Below the pieces are notes generated by a model. That model saw only the letters and a list, made by a program, of their open reading frames with translations, had not been told where the DNA came from and ran no database searches. DNA of 64,000 nucleotides from Obrimoposthia wandeli (taxonomy: Eukaryota). Shown piece by piece: positions 32,283-42,387 of this stretch. The translations under genes were made by a program, and so were the position numbers. The stretch covers positions 186,001-250,000 of the forward strand of contig CDROCS010001143.1 of assembly GCA_977020255.1 (NCBI GenBank). The letters run 5' to 3'. Position 1 is the first letter of the stretch, and the number at the start of each line of letters is the position of its first letter.

Positions 32283-33686
32283 TTAAACTGAGTAATACAT
32301 ATCAAATTCAAGCGGGTGAGTCGTCATGTTGATACGAGCGACTTCTTCACGCTTAAGAACAACATAAGCATCCAGCATTTCACTAGAGAAAACACCGCCT
32401 TTAAGTAAGAACTCACGATCTTTTTCCAGTTCATCTAACGCTTCTTCAAGAGAGCTCGCTACTACTGGAATCTCAGCTGCTTCTTCAGCAGGAAGGTCAT
32501 ATAGATCCTTATCTGCAGATTCGCCTGGATGAATCTTATTTTGAATACCGTCAAGGCCTGCCATCATAAGAGCTGCGAAACACAAATACGGGTTAGCTGA
32601 CGGATCAGGAAAACGTGCTTCAATACGACGTGCTTTAGGGCTTGTAACATAAGGGATACGAATTGATGCAGAACGGTTACGTGCTGAGTAAGCCATCATA
32701 ACGGGTGCTTCAAAACCTGCGACTAAACGCTTGTAAGAGTTAGTAGATGGGTTACAAATCGCATTCAATGCTTTAGCGTGCTTAATGATACCGCCAATAT
32801 AATATAGTGCTGTTTCACTCATACCAGCATATGCGTCACCAGCAAAGATGTTTACGCCATCTTTAGATAGTGATTGGTGCACGTGCATACCAGAACCATT
32901 ATCGCCAACAACAGGCTTAGGCATAAAGGTAGATGTTTTACCAAAAGCATGGGCTACATTGTGAACACAGTACTTAAGTACTTGTACTTCATCAGCTTTT
33001 GCTACTAATGAATTAGCACCAACACCGATTTCACACTGCCCAGCGGTTGATACTTCATGGTGATGAACTTCGATGTACAATCCCATCGCTTCCATTGCAT
33101 TACACATTTGACCGCGAATATCATGTAATGAATCAACGGGAGGTACCGGAAAGTAACCACCTTTAACTCTTGGACGGTGGCCCATATTACCGTTTTCTAA
33201 CTTGCGATTAGAAGACCAAGCAGCTTCTTCTGAAGTGATAGAATAACTACAGCCACTCATATCAGCTTGGAAGTGCACTTCATCAAAAACAAAGAATTCA
33301 GGCTCAGGTCCGAATAAGGCTGAGTCAGCAATGCCCGTTGATTTCAAGTATTCTTCAGCACGACGTCCAACAGAGCGTGGATCTCGGTCGTAACCTTGGC
33401 CAGTTGCAGGCTCAACAATGTCGCAACGCACAATAACCGTTGACTCTTCAGTAAAAGGGTCAATAACAGAACCAGAATCATCTGGCATCAAGATCATGTC
33501 TGAATCATTAATGCCTTTCCAGCCTTCAATTGAAGACCCGTCGAACATCTTACCTTCTTCAAAAAACTCATCGCCCATATCCGATACTGGTACTGTAATA
33601 TGGTGCTCTTTACCTTTAAAATCGGTAAAGCGCATATCAATCCATTTTACTTTGTGCTCTTCAATCAAACTCATCGTTTTAGACAT
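32283..33686 (-). CDS. glnA: Glutamine synthetase type I
   Basis: [34 protein letters not shown] and RIEARFPDP motifs. Start at MSKTM behind a GGAG RBS. Confidence 0.98.
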   Translation of the reverse strand: MSKTMSLIEEHKVKWIDMRFTDFKGKEHHITVPVSDMGDEFFEEGKMFDGSSIEGWKGINDSDMILMPDDSGSVIDPFTEESTVIVRCDIVEPATGQGYDRDPRSVGRRAEEYLKSTGIADSALFGPEPEFFVFDEVHFQADMSGCSYSITSEEAAWSSNRKLENGNMGHRPRVKGGYFPVPPVDSLHDIRGQMCNAMEAMGLYIEVHHHEVSTAGQCEIGVGANSLVAKADEVQVLKYCVHNVAHAFGKTSTFMPKPVVGDNGSGMHVHQSLSKDGVNIFAGDAYAGMSETALYYIGGIIKHAKALNAICNPSTNSYKRLVAGFEAPVMMAYSARNRSASIRIPYVTSPKARRIEARFPDPSANPYLCFAALMMAGLDGIQNKIHPGESADKDLYDLPAEEAAEIPVVASSLEEALDELEKDREFLLKGGVFSSEMLDAYVVLKREEVARINMTTHPLEFDMYYSV

Positions 33687-33775
33687 TGCTTGTCTCCATA
33701 GTTGTAAGTTACAAAGAGGGTAATTCCGCTCATTGCTAACCAAAATAGGCATTTATTATTTCTTTCAATCTCTAA

Positions 33776-33792
33776 AGCAATTGCTATGCCAA
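33776..33792 (-). promoter_or_regulatory. Sigma54 promoter of glnA
   Basis: Minus strand TTGGCATAGCAATTGCT matches the -24 GG / -12 GC consensus. Confidence 0.85.
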
Positions 33793-34099
33793 TAAAACAA
33801 AACAGCATTGATAAATCATTTAGCCCACTGCTACCAATCAACTCTTATTTAACAAATACAAAACTTACAACAAATGCTATTTTCTCACTAACACTCTCCA
33901 TAAGCTGCTATCTGAAAGGCTTCAAGGCCAATTAGTCTACCCTTTTACCAAATATAACATCCTGTTCATTTCGTGCTTTAGGGGGACTAGTATGATGAAA
34001 TATTTCGCACCTCTATTAAAAATAATGCACTGCAGCAAACCATTTTTGATCATTTTTCACCCCTTAAAGTGATTCATAGCTACTATATTCAGCCTCAAA

Positions 34100-34146
34100 A
34101 ACACCAAACAAGTGCAATAATTCATAATACGCACCATATCAGTGCA
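34100..34146. promoter_or_regulatory. Tandem NtrC enhancer-like sites
   Basis: AACACCAAACAAGTGCA (34100) and CGCACCATATCAGTGCA (34130), 30 bp apart. Confidence 0.6.
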
Positions 34147-34533
34147 AATTCAACACTTTGATGAATAACCTCAAGAACCCCAGCGAATTCTCGCTCCATT
34201 CTCTCGCTTTTGATATTTAAATAAGAAGCTGTCTATTTTAATACTATTATCATTATTAGCTAATTAGAAATATTACATTGCTCAATCTTTAGCCCAGTTT
34301 CTTTACCATTAACACAAATACGCGAAACTCATTATCAGCTTTATTCACATATAGCCGATTTTTTTACACATTAAGCTGCTCGAACATGTATAATGCCTCA
34401 CATTTTTCGCAAGTAGAGATTAAACACTCTGTCATGCGACCTTCACAGTGGTAATCTTGCCACACACATTCTTGAGATATTTTTGTTGATTATTTCGAGG
34501 ATCAAATCAGAAACTATGGGCTAAATATAAGCA

Positions 34534-36360
34534 ATGGCTAAAGATCTTAATAAGTTACGCAATGTCGCAATCATTGCGCACGTCGACCACGGCAAAACGA
34601 CACTAGTAGATAAGTTACTAGAGCAATCCGGTACTTTGGATCGTCGCAGCTCTGGCGAAGAAAGAATCATGGATTCCAACGATCAAGAGCGTGAGCGCGG
34701 AATAACTATCCTTGCTAAAAACACTGCTATTGAATGGAACGGCTACCACATCAACATCGTTGATACTCCTGGTCACGCCGACTTTGGTGGTGAAGTAGAA
34801 CGTGTTCTATCGATGGTTGATTGCGTATTGTTGCTAGTTGACGCTGTTGATGGCCCTATGCCTCAAACACGTTTTGTAACTAAAAAAGCATTCGAACAAG
34901 GCTTAAACCCTATTGTTGTTGTAAACAAGGTTGACCGTCCTGGCGCAAACCCAGACAACGCCGTTGATTTAGTGTTTGATCTGTTTGACAGCTTAGGTGC
35001 AACTGAAAAACAGTTAGAATTCCCTATTGTTTTTGCTTCTGCACTTAACGGCGTAGCAGGTCTTGAACATGAAAACCTAGCTGACGACATGACACCACTT
35101 TTTGAAGCAATCATTGAGCATGTTGAATCACCTAAAGTTGACTCTGACGGCCCTTTCCAAATGCAAATTTCTGCACTTGATTACAACAGCTATGTTGGTG
35201 TAATTGGTGTGGGTAGAATTCAGCGCGGTTCTGTCAAAATAAACCAAAAAGTGACCATTATTGGCGCTGATGGCAAAGAACGTACTGGCAAGATTCAAAA
35301 AATCCAAGGCCACTTAGGTTTAGAAAGAATTGACCTAGATATTGCCCATGCTGGTGACATCATCTGCATCTCTGGTATTGAAGAACTATTCATTTCAGAC
35401 ACATTATGCGCTCCAGAACAAGTTGAAGCACTACCTGCTCTAAGCATAGACGAGCCAACTGTATCGATGACCTTTATGGTTAACGATTCTCCATTTGCTG
35501 GCCAAGATGGCAAATTCGTCACTAGCCGTAACATCAAAGAGCGTCTAGAGCGCGAATTGATTCATAACGTTGCACTACGTGTAGCAGAAGGCGATTCTCC
35601 AGAGAAATTCATCGTTTCTGGTCGTGGTGAATTACATCTTTCAGTATTAATCGAATCTATGCGTCGTGAAGGCTTCGAAATGGGCGTATCTCGCCCGGAA
35701 GTTATTCAGCGTATCGTGGATGGCGAAGTTCAAGAACCATACGAAGAAGTGTTAATTGATGTTGAAGCTCAGCATCAAGGCTCTATTATCGAAGAGTTAA
35801 GCACTCGTAGAGGCGATATGACTAACATGGAAGTAGACGCTGAGCGTATTCGTTTAACTTTCGTTATGCCTTCACGCGGACTCATCGGCTTTCGTAGTAA
35901 ATTCCTTACTATGACTTCAGGTACCGGCATCATGACTTCGGTTTTTGATCATTACGGCCCTGTTAAGCAAGGTGAAGTTATATACCGCAAAAACGGTGTA
36001 TTAGTTTCTATGGTTAGCGGTAAAGCACTAGGCTTCTCTTTGTGGAACCTTCAGGATCGCGGCCGTTTATTCGCTACGCCAAACATTGAAGTTTACGAGG
36101 GAATGCTACTAGGTATTCACTCACGTACTAACGATTTAGCGGTTAACCCTATCAAAGGTAAGCAGCTAACTAACGTACGTGCTTCAGGTACTGATGAGAA
36201 CATTCAGTTAACACCTGCTATCAAGTTTACCTTAGAGCAAGCATTAGACTTTATTGAAGATGATGAGTTAGTCGAAGTAACGCCTAACCATATCCGTCTT
36301 CGTAAGAAAATGCTAACAGAGAACGAGCGTAAGCGCTATTCTCGCTCTGGTAAGAAATAG
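34534..36360 (+). CDS. typA: Translational GTPase TypA/BipA
   Basis: AHVDHGKTTLVD, RGITILAKN, DTPGHADFGGEVER and VTPNHIRLRK motifs. Confidence 0.98.
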   Translation: MAKDLNKLRNVAIIAHVDHGKTTLVDKLLEQSGTLDRRSSGEERIMDSNDQERERGITILAKNTAIEWNGYHINIVDTPGHADFGGEVERVLSMVDCVLLLVDAVDGPMPQTRFVTKKAFEQGLNPIVVVNKVDRPGANPDNAVDLVFDLFDSLGATEKQLEFPIVFASALNGVAGLEHENLADDMTPLFEAIIEHVESPKVDSDGPFQMQISALDYNSYVGVIGVGRIQRGSVKINQKVTIIGADGKERTGKIQKIQGHLGLERIDLDIAHAGDIICISGIEELFISDTLCAPEQVEALPALSIDEPTVSMTFMVNDSPFAGQDGKFVTSRNIKERLERELIHNVALRVAEGDSPEKFIVSGRGELHLSVLIESMRREGFEMGVSRPEVIQRIVDGEVQEPYEEVLIDVEAQHQGSIIEELSTRRGDMTNMEVDAERIRLTFVMPSRGLIGFRSKFLTMTSGTGIMTSVFDHYGPVKQGEVIYRKNGVLVSMVSGKALGFSLWNLQDRGRLFATPNIEVYEGMLLGIHSRTNDLAVNPIKGKQLTNVRASGTDENIQLTPAIKFTLEQALDFIEDDELVEVTPNHIRLRKKMLTENERKRYSRSGKK

Positions 36361-36408
36361 ACTGCTATAAAGATTTAAAATAAAGCATCACTGCTTTATT
36401 GTATTTTC

Positions 36409-36443
36409 AAGGCGGTGCTAGTTTTCTAGCATCGCCTTTTTTT
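36409..36443 (+). terminator. Rho-independent terminator of typA
   Basis: AAGGCGGTGCTAG-TTTT-CTAGCATCGCCTT followed by a T run. Confidence 0.85.
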
Positions 36444-36792
36444 CGCTTAAAATAAGCTCTTAGCACTGCCTTGAAGCAAATACAGCTAGCAACGGCCATC
36501 ACCTTTCAGTACTTTTTAATAACGTTGTTTAGACATCAGCTAACTTTCACCAGTACTTTTTTCGCAACTAACACGCAGCTTATTACCAGAGAAACGCAAA
36601 AAAGAAAAAGAGCTATAAACCATCAAGATAACAATCAAGAGCAATCTGAGCTGAACTACTCTTAGTCGCAACAAGTCATCCAGCAGACGCCAGAGGATCT
36701 AGCAAAACCTATCTACATCATTGACCCTTCATGACCCATCCACAAACAACCTCAGCTAGAATGTCCGAGCAACGAATCTAATTTAACCACAC

Positions 36793-37572
36793 TCAGACTA
36801 CTACTAACTTGAAGTCATCAGCATCTTTCCAAGCTGGAAATTTTTCCCGAAACTGCTGTAATGCTTGTAAATCCAAAGACTGAGTTTGCACACCTACTCT
36901 CTCTTGCTGATCAGATAAAACATCGCCTTTAAAATCGACGATTAAAGAATCTCCGCTATACTCAATACCATTACCGTCATGACCGACCCGATTAACGGCC
37001 GCCAAATAGCAAGAATTTTCTATGGAACGCGCTTGCGACAGCACCTGCCAAGGCTTGCGTCGTATTTTTGGCCAATTAGCAACATACAGCGCTAAATCAT
37101 AGTCGTTGTTATTTCTTGAAAAAACAGGAAATCTTAAGTCATAGCAAACTTGCGGCAAAATCCGCCAGCCAAGATACTCAATTACCAGCCTAGCTTGTCC
37201 TGCACTGTAAACCAAGTGCTCCCCAGACATCCGAAAACAATGGCGCTTATCATAGAGCTCAAACTCACCACTGGGACGCATAAAAATAAACCGATTAAAG
37301 TAAACGCCCTGCTCCTCAATGGCGATACTGCCGCATATAGCAGCGTTTAACTTTTCGGCCTGTTCACGCATCCACAACACTGTTGAACCTTGCATAAGCT
37401 GCGCTACATTTTGTGGGATCATCGAAAAACCACTGTTAAACATTTCAGGCAGGACCACAAGATCCGTCTCCCCCTGCAAGCTCACTAGTTGCTGCTCAAA
37501 CATCTGCAAGTTTGCCTGCTCATCCTCCCAGTGCAAAATATTTTGCACTGTCGTTATACGCAATTCATTCAT
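36793..37572 (-). CDS. yafV: Omega-amidase, nitrilase family (YafV-like)
   Basis: VLPEMF, YDKRH and VCYDLRFP catalytic triad motifs. Confidence 0.9.
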   Translation of the reverse strand: MNELRITTVQNILHWEDEQANLQMFEQQLVSLQGETDLVVLPEMFNSGFSMIPQNVAQLMQGSTVLWMREQAEKLNAAICGSIAIEEQGVYFNRFIFMRPSGEFELYDKRHCFRMSGEHLVYSAGQARLVIEYLGWRILPQVCYDLRFPVFSRNNNDYDLALYVANWPKIRRKPWQVLSQARSIENSCYLAAVNRVGHDGNGIEYSGDSLIVDFKGDVLSDQQERVGVQTQSLDLQALQQFREKFPAWKDADDFKLVVV

Positions 37573-37631
37573 AACAACTTCCTCAACCCTCTATTCCCTT
37601 CTAATCACCAGCGTTGATCATGCGATCAAAG

Positions 37632-38780
37632 CTATAACTTGGCTAACTTTTCACAGGCAGCGATTAAAACCTCATCACTTTTAGCAAAACAAAATCTCAC
37701 CAACTTCATTGGTTTTGGCTTCTCGCAAAAAACCGACAACGGAATAGCCGCAACACCTATTTCTTTAGCTAGGTACTCACAAAAGGCCATATCATCTAAA
37801 TCACTTATCTGGCTATAATCCAACACTTGAAAATAAGTACCCGCAGCAGGCTCACCGGTAAACCGGCTATTCACCATTAGCTGATTAAATAAATCTCTTT
37901 TACGCTGATAAAATGCCGGCAACTCTAAATAATGCTCTGGCTGTTGCTGCATAATATCAGCAAGCGCATACTGCAATGGCGCCGCTGTGCAGAAATTTAG
38001 GAATTGATGCACCTTGCGAAATTCGCTAGTCAAGTGCGGTGGTGCTACGCAATAACCAATCTTCCAACCTGTTACGTGATAAGTTTTGCCAAAAGATGAA
38101 ATCACAAAACTGCGCTGGAACAGCTCATCATATTTAACAAAACTTAAATGCTGGGCGCTGTCATAGATAATATGTTCGTAAACATCATCACCAATCAATA
38201 AAATATCGGTACCCGCTACCAATTTACTAAGCGCAGTTAAATCCGCTGCTGTTAACACACTTCCAGTTGGATTATGCGGAGAATTAAATATAATCAGCCG
38301 AGTTTTATCGGATACCGCAGCACCTATTACCTCCCAGTCTAATTCGAATTTGGGAGCCTCTAGCTGAATATGCACCGCCTTGCCGCCATTTAAGACGATA
38401 GCCGGATCATAACAATCAAAAGCTGGATCTAAAACAATCACCTCATCACCTGCATGCACAACAGCCGCTATAGCCGCATAAATAGCTTCTGTTGCCCCTG
38501 ACGTTACAGTAACCTCTGTTTGCGGACACACAACACGACCATAAATATTAGCCACTTTTTCTGCAATTTGCTCTCTAAGCTCAATAATTCCGGCCATAGG
38601 TGCATACTGGTTTTGACCATTAGTTACATGCTTATTAACCGCATCTAGTAAAAGCTTGGGTCCATTAAAATCAGGAAAACCTTGAGCTAAATTAATCGCT
38701 TTGTATTCAGCCGCCATCTGCGACATTACGGTAAATATTGTGGTGCCGACATCAGGCAATTTTGACGCTGGATAATTCAT
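37632..38780 (-). CDS. ybdL: PLP-dependent methionine/glutamine aminotransferase (YbdL-like)
   Basis: SKLPDVGTTIF, NLAQGFPDF, NSPHNPTG and SFGKTYHVTGWKIGY motifs. Confidence 0.92.
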   Translation of the reverse strand: MNYPASKLPDVGTTIFTVMSQMAAEYKAINLAQGFPDFNGPKLLLDAVNKHVTNGQNQYAPMAGIIELREQIAEKVANIYGRVVCPQTEVTVTSGATEAIYAAIAAVVHAGDEVIVLDPAFDCYDPAIVLNGGKAVHIQLEAPKFELDWEVIGAAVSDKTRLIIFNSPHNPTGSVLTAADLTALSKLVAGTDILLIGDDVYEHIIYDSAQHLSFVKYDELFQRSFVISSFGKTYHVTGWKIGYCVAPPHLTSEFRKVHQFLNFCTAAPLQYALADIMQQQPEHYLELPAFYQRKRDLFNQLMVNSRFTGEPAAGTYFQVLDYSQISDLDDMAFCEYLAKEIGVAAIPLSVFCEKPKPMKLVRFCFAKSDEVLIAACEKLAKL

Positions 38781-38899
38781 AACAACTCCTAATTATTAGA
38801 AAGCAGAGTGTAAACTATTTATTTACATATGTTCCATATCTTTAGTCGTGTAAAAGATTACAATAGCCATTTTTAAATGACGGCCACAAGGACTCAATC

Positions 38900-39652
38900 A
38901 TGACGCGCTTTCGCCCCTGTATCGACCTACACCAAGGTAAAGTTAAACAAATCGTTGGTGGCAGCCTTAACGACCAAGGTGCTGATACCAATTTTGTCAG
39001 CGAACATGAAGCGAGCCACTTTGCAAAACTCTACCAGCAACATCAATTAACCGGCGGACACGTCATTGCACTGGGCCCAAATAATGAAGACCAAGCCAAG
39101 CAAGCCCTCTCTAGCTGGCATAAAGGCCTACAATTTGGCGGGGGCGTTAATTTACAAAATGCGCAACAGTGGCTAGACGCTGGAGCAAGCCATGTAATAG
39201 TCACTTCCTACTTATTTGAAAACGATTTATTTAGCTGGAATAAACTGGAAGCGTTAGTTGATCAAATTGGCGCACAATCTTTAGTACTAGACCTTAGCTG
39301 CCGCAAAGTTGATAACGGCTGGAAGATTGCTACTAACCGCTGGCAGAGCATCACCCAAACCACTATAGAACGAAAAACCTTACAAGAACTTTCCAAGTAC
39401 TGTGCCGAATTTTTAATTCACAGTGCAGATGTTGAAGGCCTACAAGGGGGTATAGATCACGAGCTGGTTAGTGTATTAGCTGAATATTCAGAGATACCTG
39501 TCACTTATGCCGGCGGCGCAAGATCACTTGAAGATTTGAAATACGTGCAAGAACTCTCAGCTGGCAAAGTAGATTTAACTATTGGCAGCGCCTTAGATAT
39601 TTTTGGGGGAAGTGGCATTACGCTGAACGAGTGTATCGCCTGGAACAAGTAA
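38900..39652 (+). CDS. hisA: ProFAR isomerase, eukaryote-type (His6-like)
   Basis: FRPCIDLHQGKVKQIVGG, LVLDLSCR, HSADVEGL and DLTIGSALDIFGG motifs. Confidence 0.85.
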   Translation: MTRFRPCIDLHQGKVKQIVGGSLNDQGADTNFVSEHEASHFAKLYQQHQLTGGHVIALGPNNEDQAKQALSSWHKGLQFGGGVNLQNAQQWLDAGASHVIVTSYLFENDLFSWNKLEALVDQIGAQSLVLDLSCRKVDNGWKIATNRWQSITQTTIERKTLQELSKYCAEFLIHSADVEGLQGGIDHELVSVLAEYSEIPVTYAGGARSLEDLKYVQELSAGKVDLTIGSALDIFGGSGITLNECIAWNK

Positions 39653-40092
39653 TGCTTTTCGCTGTACTTTATAAACTAAGCAGTAAATAGCTCTCATCCA
39701 GAAACGCATGTTTACTGCGGCTGTTCCACTCGCTCAACCTGATCACCACTAGATGTCGTTATTTGGAACAACCGAACGTCCACATTTAGTATTGCCCATC
39801 TCGAAGCATTGGGTCAGCCTCGCGACGACGCCGCTTCAGGGTGAAAACCAAATAATCTAGCTGGGTAAACGGCAAAAGGCCTTTGTCTAGAAAATTATAA
39901 CAATTGCCTTTGCTGTAATTTTAGTTAAGAGGTATCCGTTACGTTAAAGTTGGCCAAAACACCAGATACCTGTGCGGGAAGTCACTGCATAATTAAGCAA
40001 TCAAACATATTATTTTGATGTTTCACAGCGCGAATTATATGGTTATACTACTGATTCAGCATAGATGTTTGCTCTAATTACTGGTGGTTAAT

Positions 40093-41127
40093 ATGTCAAA
40101 TTTTGAGTCTAAAAAAACCTTTAATCCATACGATAAAGAGAAAGCACTACGTGCAGAAGCACAAACTTGGGATACCTCGCAAACAGAGGGCGCAAATGCA
40201 GACGATATTCCTGTTATTGATTTAACAGCTTACTTTTCACAGCCTAATGAGCATAATTTAGCATTAGTGGCAGAACAGTTACGTTTTGCTTGTGAAAATG
40301 TCGGATTTTTCTCAATTGTCGGACACCAAGTACCCAAAGCTTTGATAGCCAATCAATTTAGTCAAATAAAGGCGTTCCACCATTTACCTATAGACTTAAA
40401 AACCTCTATTAAGATGGATCAACAGCACTGGCCAATTGGTGGTGTTGGTTATCTACCTTTTAAAAATAGAAAATTACCTACGCGTGATAACGGCAATCGC
40501 AATGAAGCCTTTCTTTTAAAAATTGACCATAGTATCACTATGCAAGATAATCAATGGCTTGCGGACGACGTGCTGGTTAACTTTCGCTCGTCATCAGAAG
40601 CTTACGCCGTTGCCATGGTTGGTTTAGGTAAGCGGTTATTACCTATTTTTGCCAAAGCATTAGGCGTATCAGCAGATTTCTTTGATGAAGCCTTTAAACA
40701 ACCACATTTCAGATTGCGGATGACTCATTACCCCAGTATAGAGAAAAGCGTATTGACAGAAGGTGAATTTGGTATTGCGCCCCATGTCGACACCAGCTTT
40801 TGTACTATTTTAGTGCAAGATCAACCAGGCTTAAGTATTTATAGCGAGCAGCGAGATAAATGGTTAGACGTGCCGATTATTGAAGGGGCGTTTATTGTCA
40901 ATACAGGTGAATTATTACGCCAGTGGTCTAATGACCAATTTTTGAGTGTAAAACACTTTGTGCATAACAATACCACAGGCGTATCGCGCTACTCTATTCC
41001 ATTTTTCTTTAACGCAAATTCTGATTATATGATGAGCTGTATCCCCACCTGCTGCGGGCCGAGCAACCCGGCGAAATATCCAACTATATCCTATAATAGT
41101 AGTCAGGCTATAGCGCAAGGCGAATAG
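40093..41127 (+). CDS. 2OG-Fe(II) oxygenase, isopenicillin-N-synthase family
   Basis: IPVIDL, GFFSIVGH, HVD...H iron triad and RYS 2OG-binding motif. Confidence 0.9.
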   Translation: MSNFESKKTFNPYDKEKALRAEAQTWDTSQTEGANADDIPVIDLTAYFSQPNEHNLALVAEQLRFACENVGFFSIVGHQVPKALIANQFSQIKAFHHLPIDLKTSIKMDQQHWPIGGVGYLPFKNRKLPTRDNGNRNEAFLLKIDHSITMQDNQWLADDVLVNFRSSSEAYAVAMVGLGKRLLPIFAKALGVSADFFDEAFKQPHFRLRMTHYPSIEKSVLTEGEFGIAPHVDTSFCTILVQDQPGLSIYSEQRDKWLDVPIIEGAFIVNTGELLRQWSNDQFLSVKHFVHNNTTGVSRYSIPFFFNANSDYMMSCIPTCCGPSNPAKYPTISYNSSQAIAQGE

Positions 41128-41347
41128 TGCAGTTAAGCATTCAAGGTCAACCGTGAAGATAAGTAAGGTTTAAGTAGTGATAGCACTAAGCAAGTAAAAT
41201 CAGTTAACCAACAATGCATGACCACTTAAATACTTCTTATCAGAACAAAATCCTAAACAGATAAACTACCTATATATCAATATTATATAGTGCTGGTTGA
41301 CTGTATTGATCAAAGAGCTTTGCTATTTGGGAAATATTCTGTGCAGA

Positions 41348-41497
41348 TAGTAGATCGATCAAAAACAGACTGATCTGCTGCGGCCAAGTCTAACGTGCAT
41401 TATCGTTAAATAGATGCTCTATTCGCTTCAAATAACCGATAAATTTTACTCAAACAACCTTGCCCTCGCTATGACCGCAATTCTCGGTCAGCCTTAG
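41348..41497. mobile_element. Degenerate MITE-like element, family B, copy 1
   Basis: Aligns with 59774-59934 (AACAGACTGATCT, CTATTCGC.TCAAAT, TTCTCGG.CAGCCT); left end eroded, so boundaries are approximate. Confidence 0.7.
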
Positions 41498-41682
41498 TCC
41501 AGATCTTCGCGTTGACGCACTTTATCCATGACTCGGACAAAACGGCGTGGTTTGCTTAGCGCAAGTTATAGTCATTGGCTGTGTCTTATGACTCAGGGTA
41601 GGCTGGAGCTGCAAGCTTGGCAGCTGATCTTTCGCCCACATAGAAAACTTACTAGTAAAATCGATTAGCTGGGTAAACAGTT

Positions 41683-41910
41683 TCAAAACAGCTTGGGGAA
41701 TAGTACTCTTGTGGAGGATTTGATCAGTTTTAGTTTCGAAGCGACCAAAGACAAGGCGTTGGTATAAGAATCAGTTCGAAGGCCCCTCTTCACCTCAACC
41801 GGTAAATTGGGACAAAGCCTTCTCACATCTGCCGAGATAGTATACCTAAAACCGCATGTTCTACCGTGAAGTAATAAGACATACTTTCGGTTTCGTAGCC
41901 GTTTTTGCAT
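41683..41910 (-). pseudogene. Truncated N-terminal (DUF6538-like) domain of a tyrosine integrase
   Basis: GFRYTI.ADVR...EVKRGLRTDSY..A resembles the YFR..P.D.R...E...SLRT.D...A pattern; stops after 75 aa; lies right after rnpB. Confidence 0.5.
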
Positions 41911-41970
41911 TCTGTTTTCTCTCCTCTAAAAAGAGATGTAACGCATTGAAAACACAAAGCTAAATTAGAT

Positions 41971-42138
41971 GAGTTCGCCTGTAAGCCGGGTTCTGTCGTG
42001 TACAGTCATTCATCTGGATAATATGTCGCCATATACCTCAAGCGATCTACCCGGATCCACCACGGGCCGTGGCACGCGGATCCCTATTTGATCTTGCTCC
42101 GAGTGGGGTTTACCTTGCCACAACATGTTGCCATGTGT

Positions 42139-42173
<35 letters not shown>

Positions 42174-42328
42174 GTTACTACTACTCGAAAGTAATAATAC
42201 TTAGGCGGTCTTCTCTCTGCTGCACTTGCCGTCGGCTCACGCCGCCCAGACGTTATCTGGCACTCTGCCCTTTGGAGCCCGGACTTTCCTCCCTTGCATA
42301 AATGCAACAGCGACTGTCCAGCGAACTC
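41971..42328 (-). ncRNA. rnpB: RNase P RNA (type A)
   Basis: Minus strand GAGTTCGCTGGACAGTCG...GAGGAAAGTCCGGGCTCC...ACAGAACCCGGCTTACAGGCGAACTC; ends are complementary. Confidence 0.97.
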
Positions 42329-42387
42329 GGCGCGGACTTTAACAAAGTTTTATATTATTAGCTACTGTGATATCGCAAAAAATTAAA

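Noticed and set aside
34363-34394. typA sigma70 promoter (TTTACA...TATAAT)
   Set aside because: The -10 is perfect, but the spacer to the candidate -35 is 20 bp, so I did not call it.
36471-36790. 64-aa ORF and short repeated CAGTACTTTTT motifs after the typA terminator
   Set aside because: TTG start, no homology cues, and the repeats are too short to be significant.
39690-39850. HPETH and VVIWNNR peptides resembling TauD motifs
   Set aside because: Spacing is far too short and there is an internal stop; not supportable as a pseudogene without a search.
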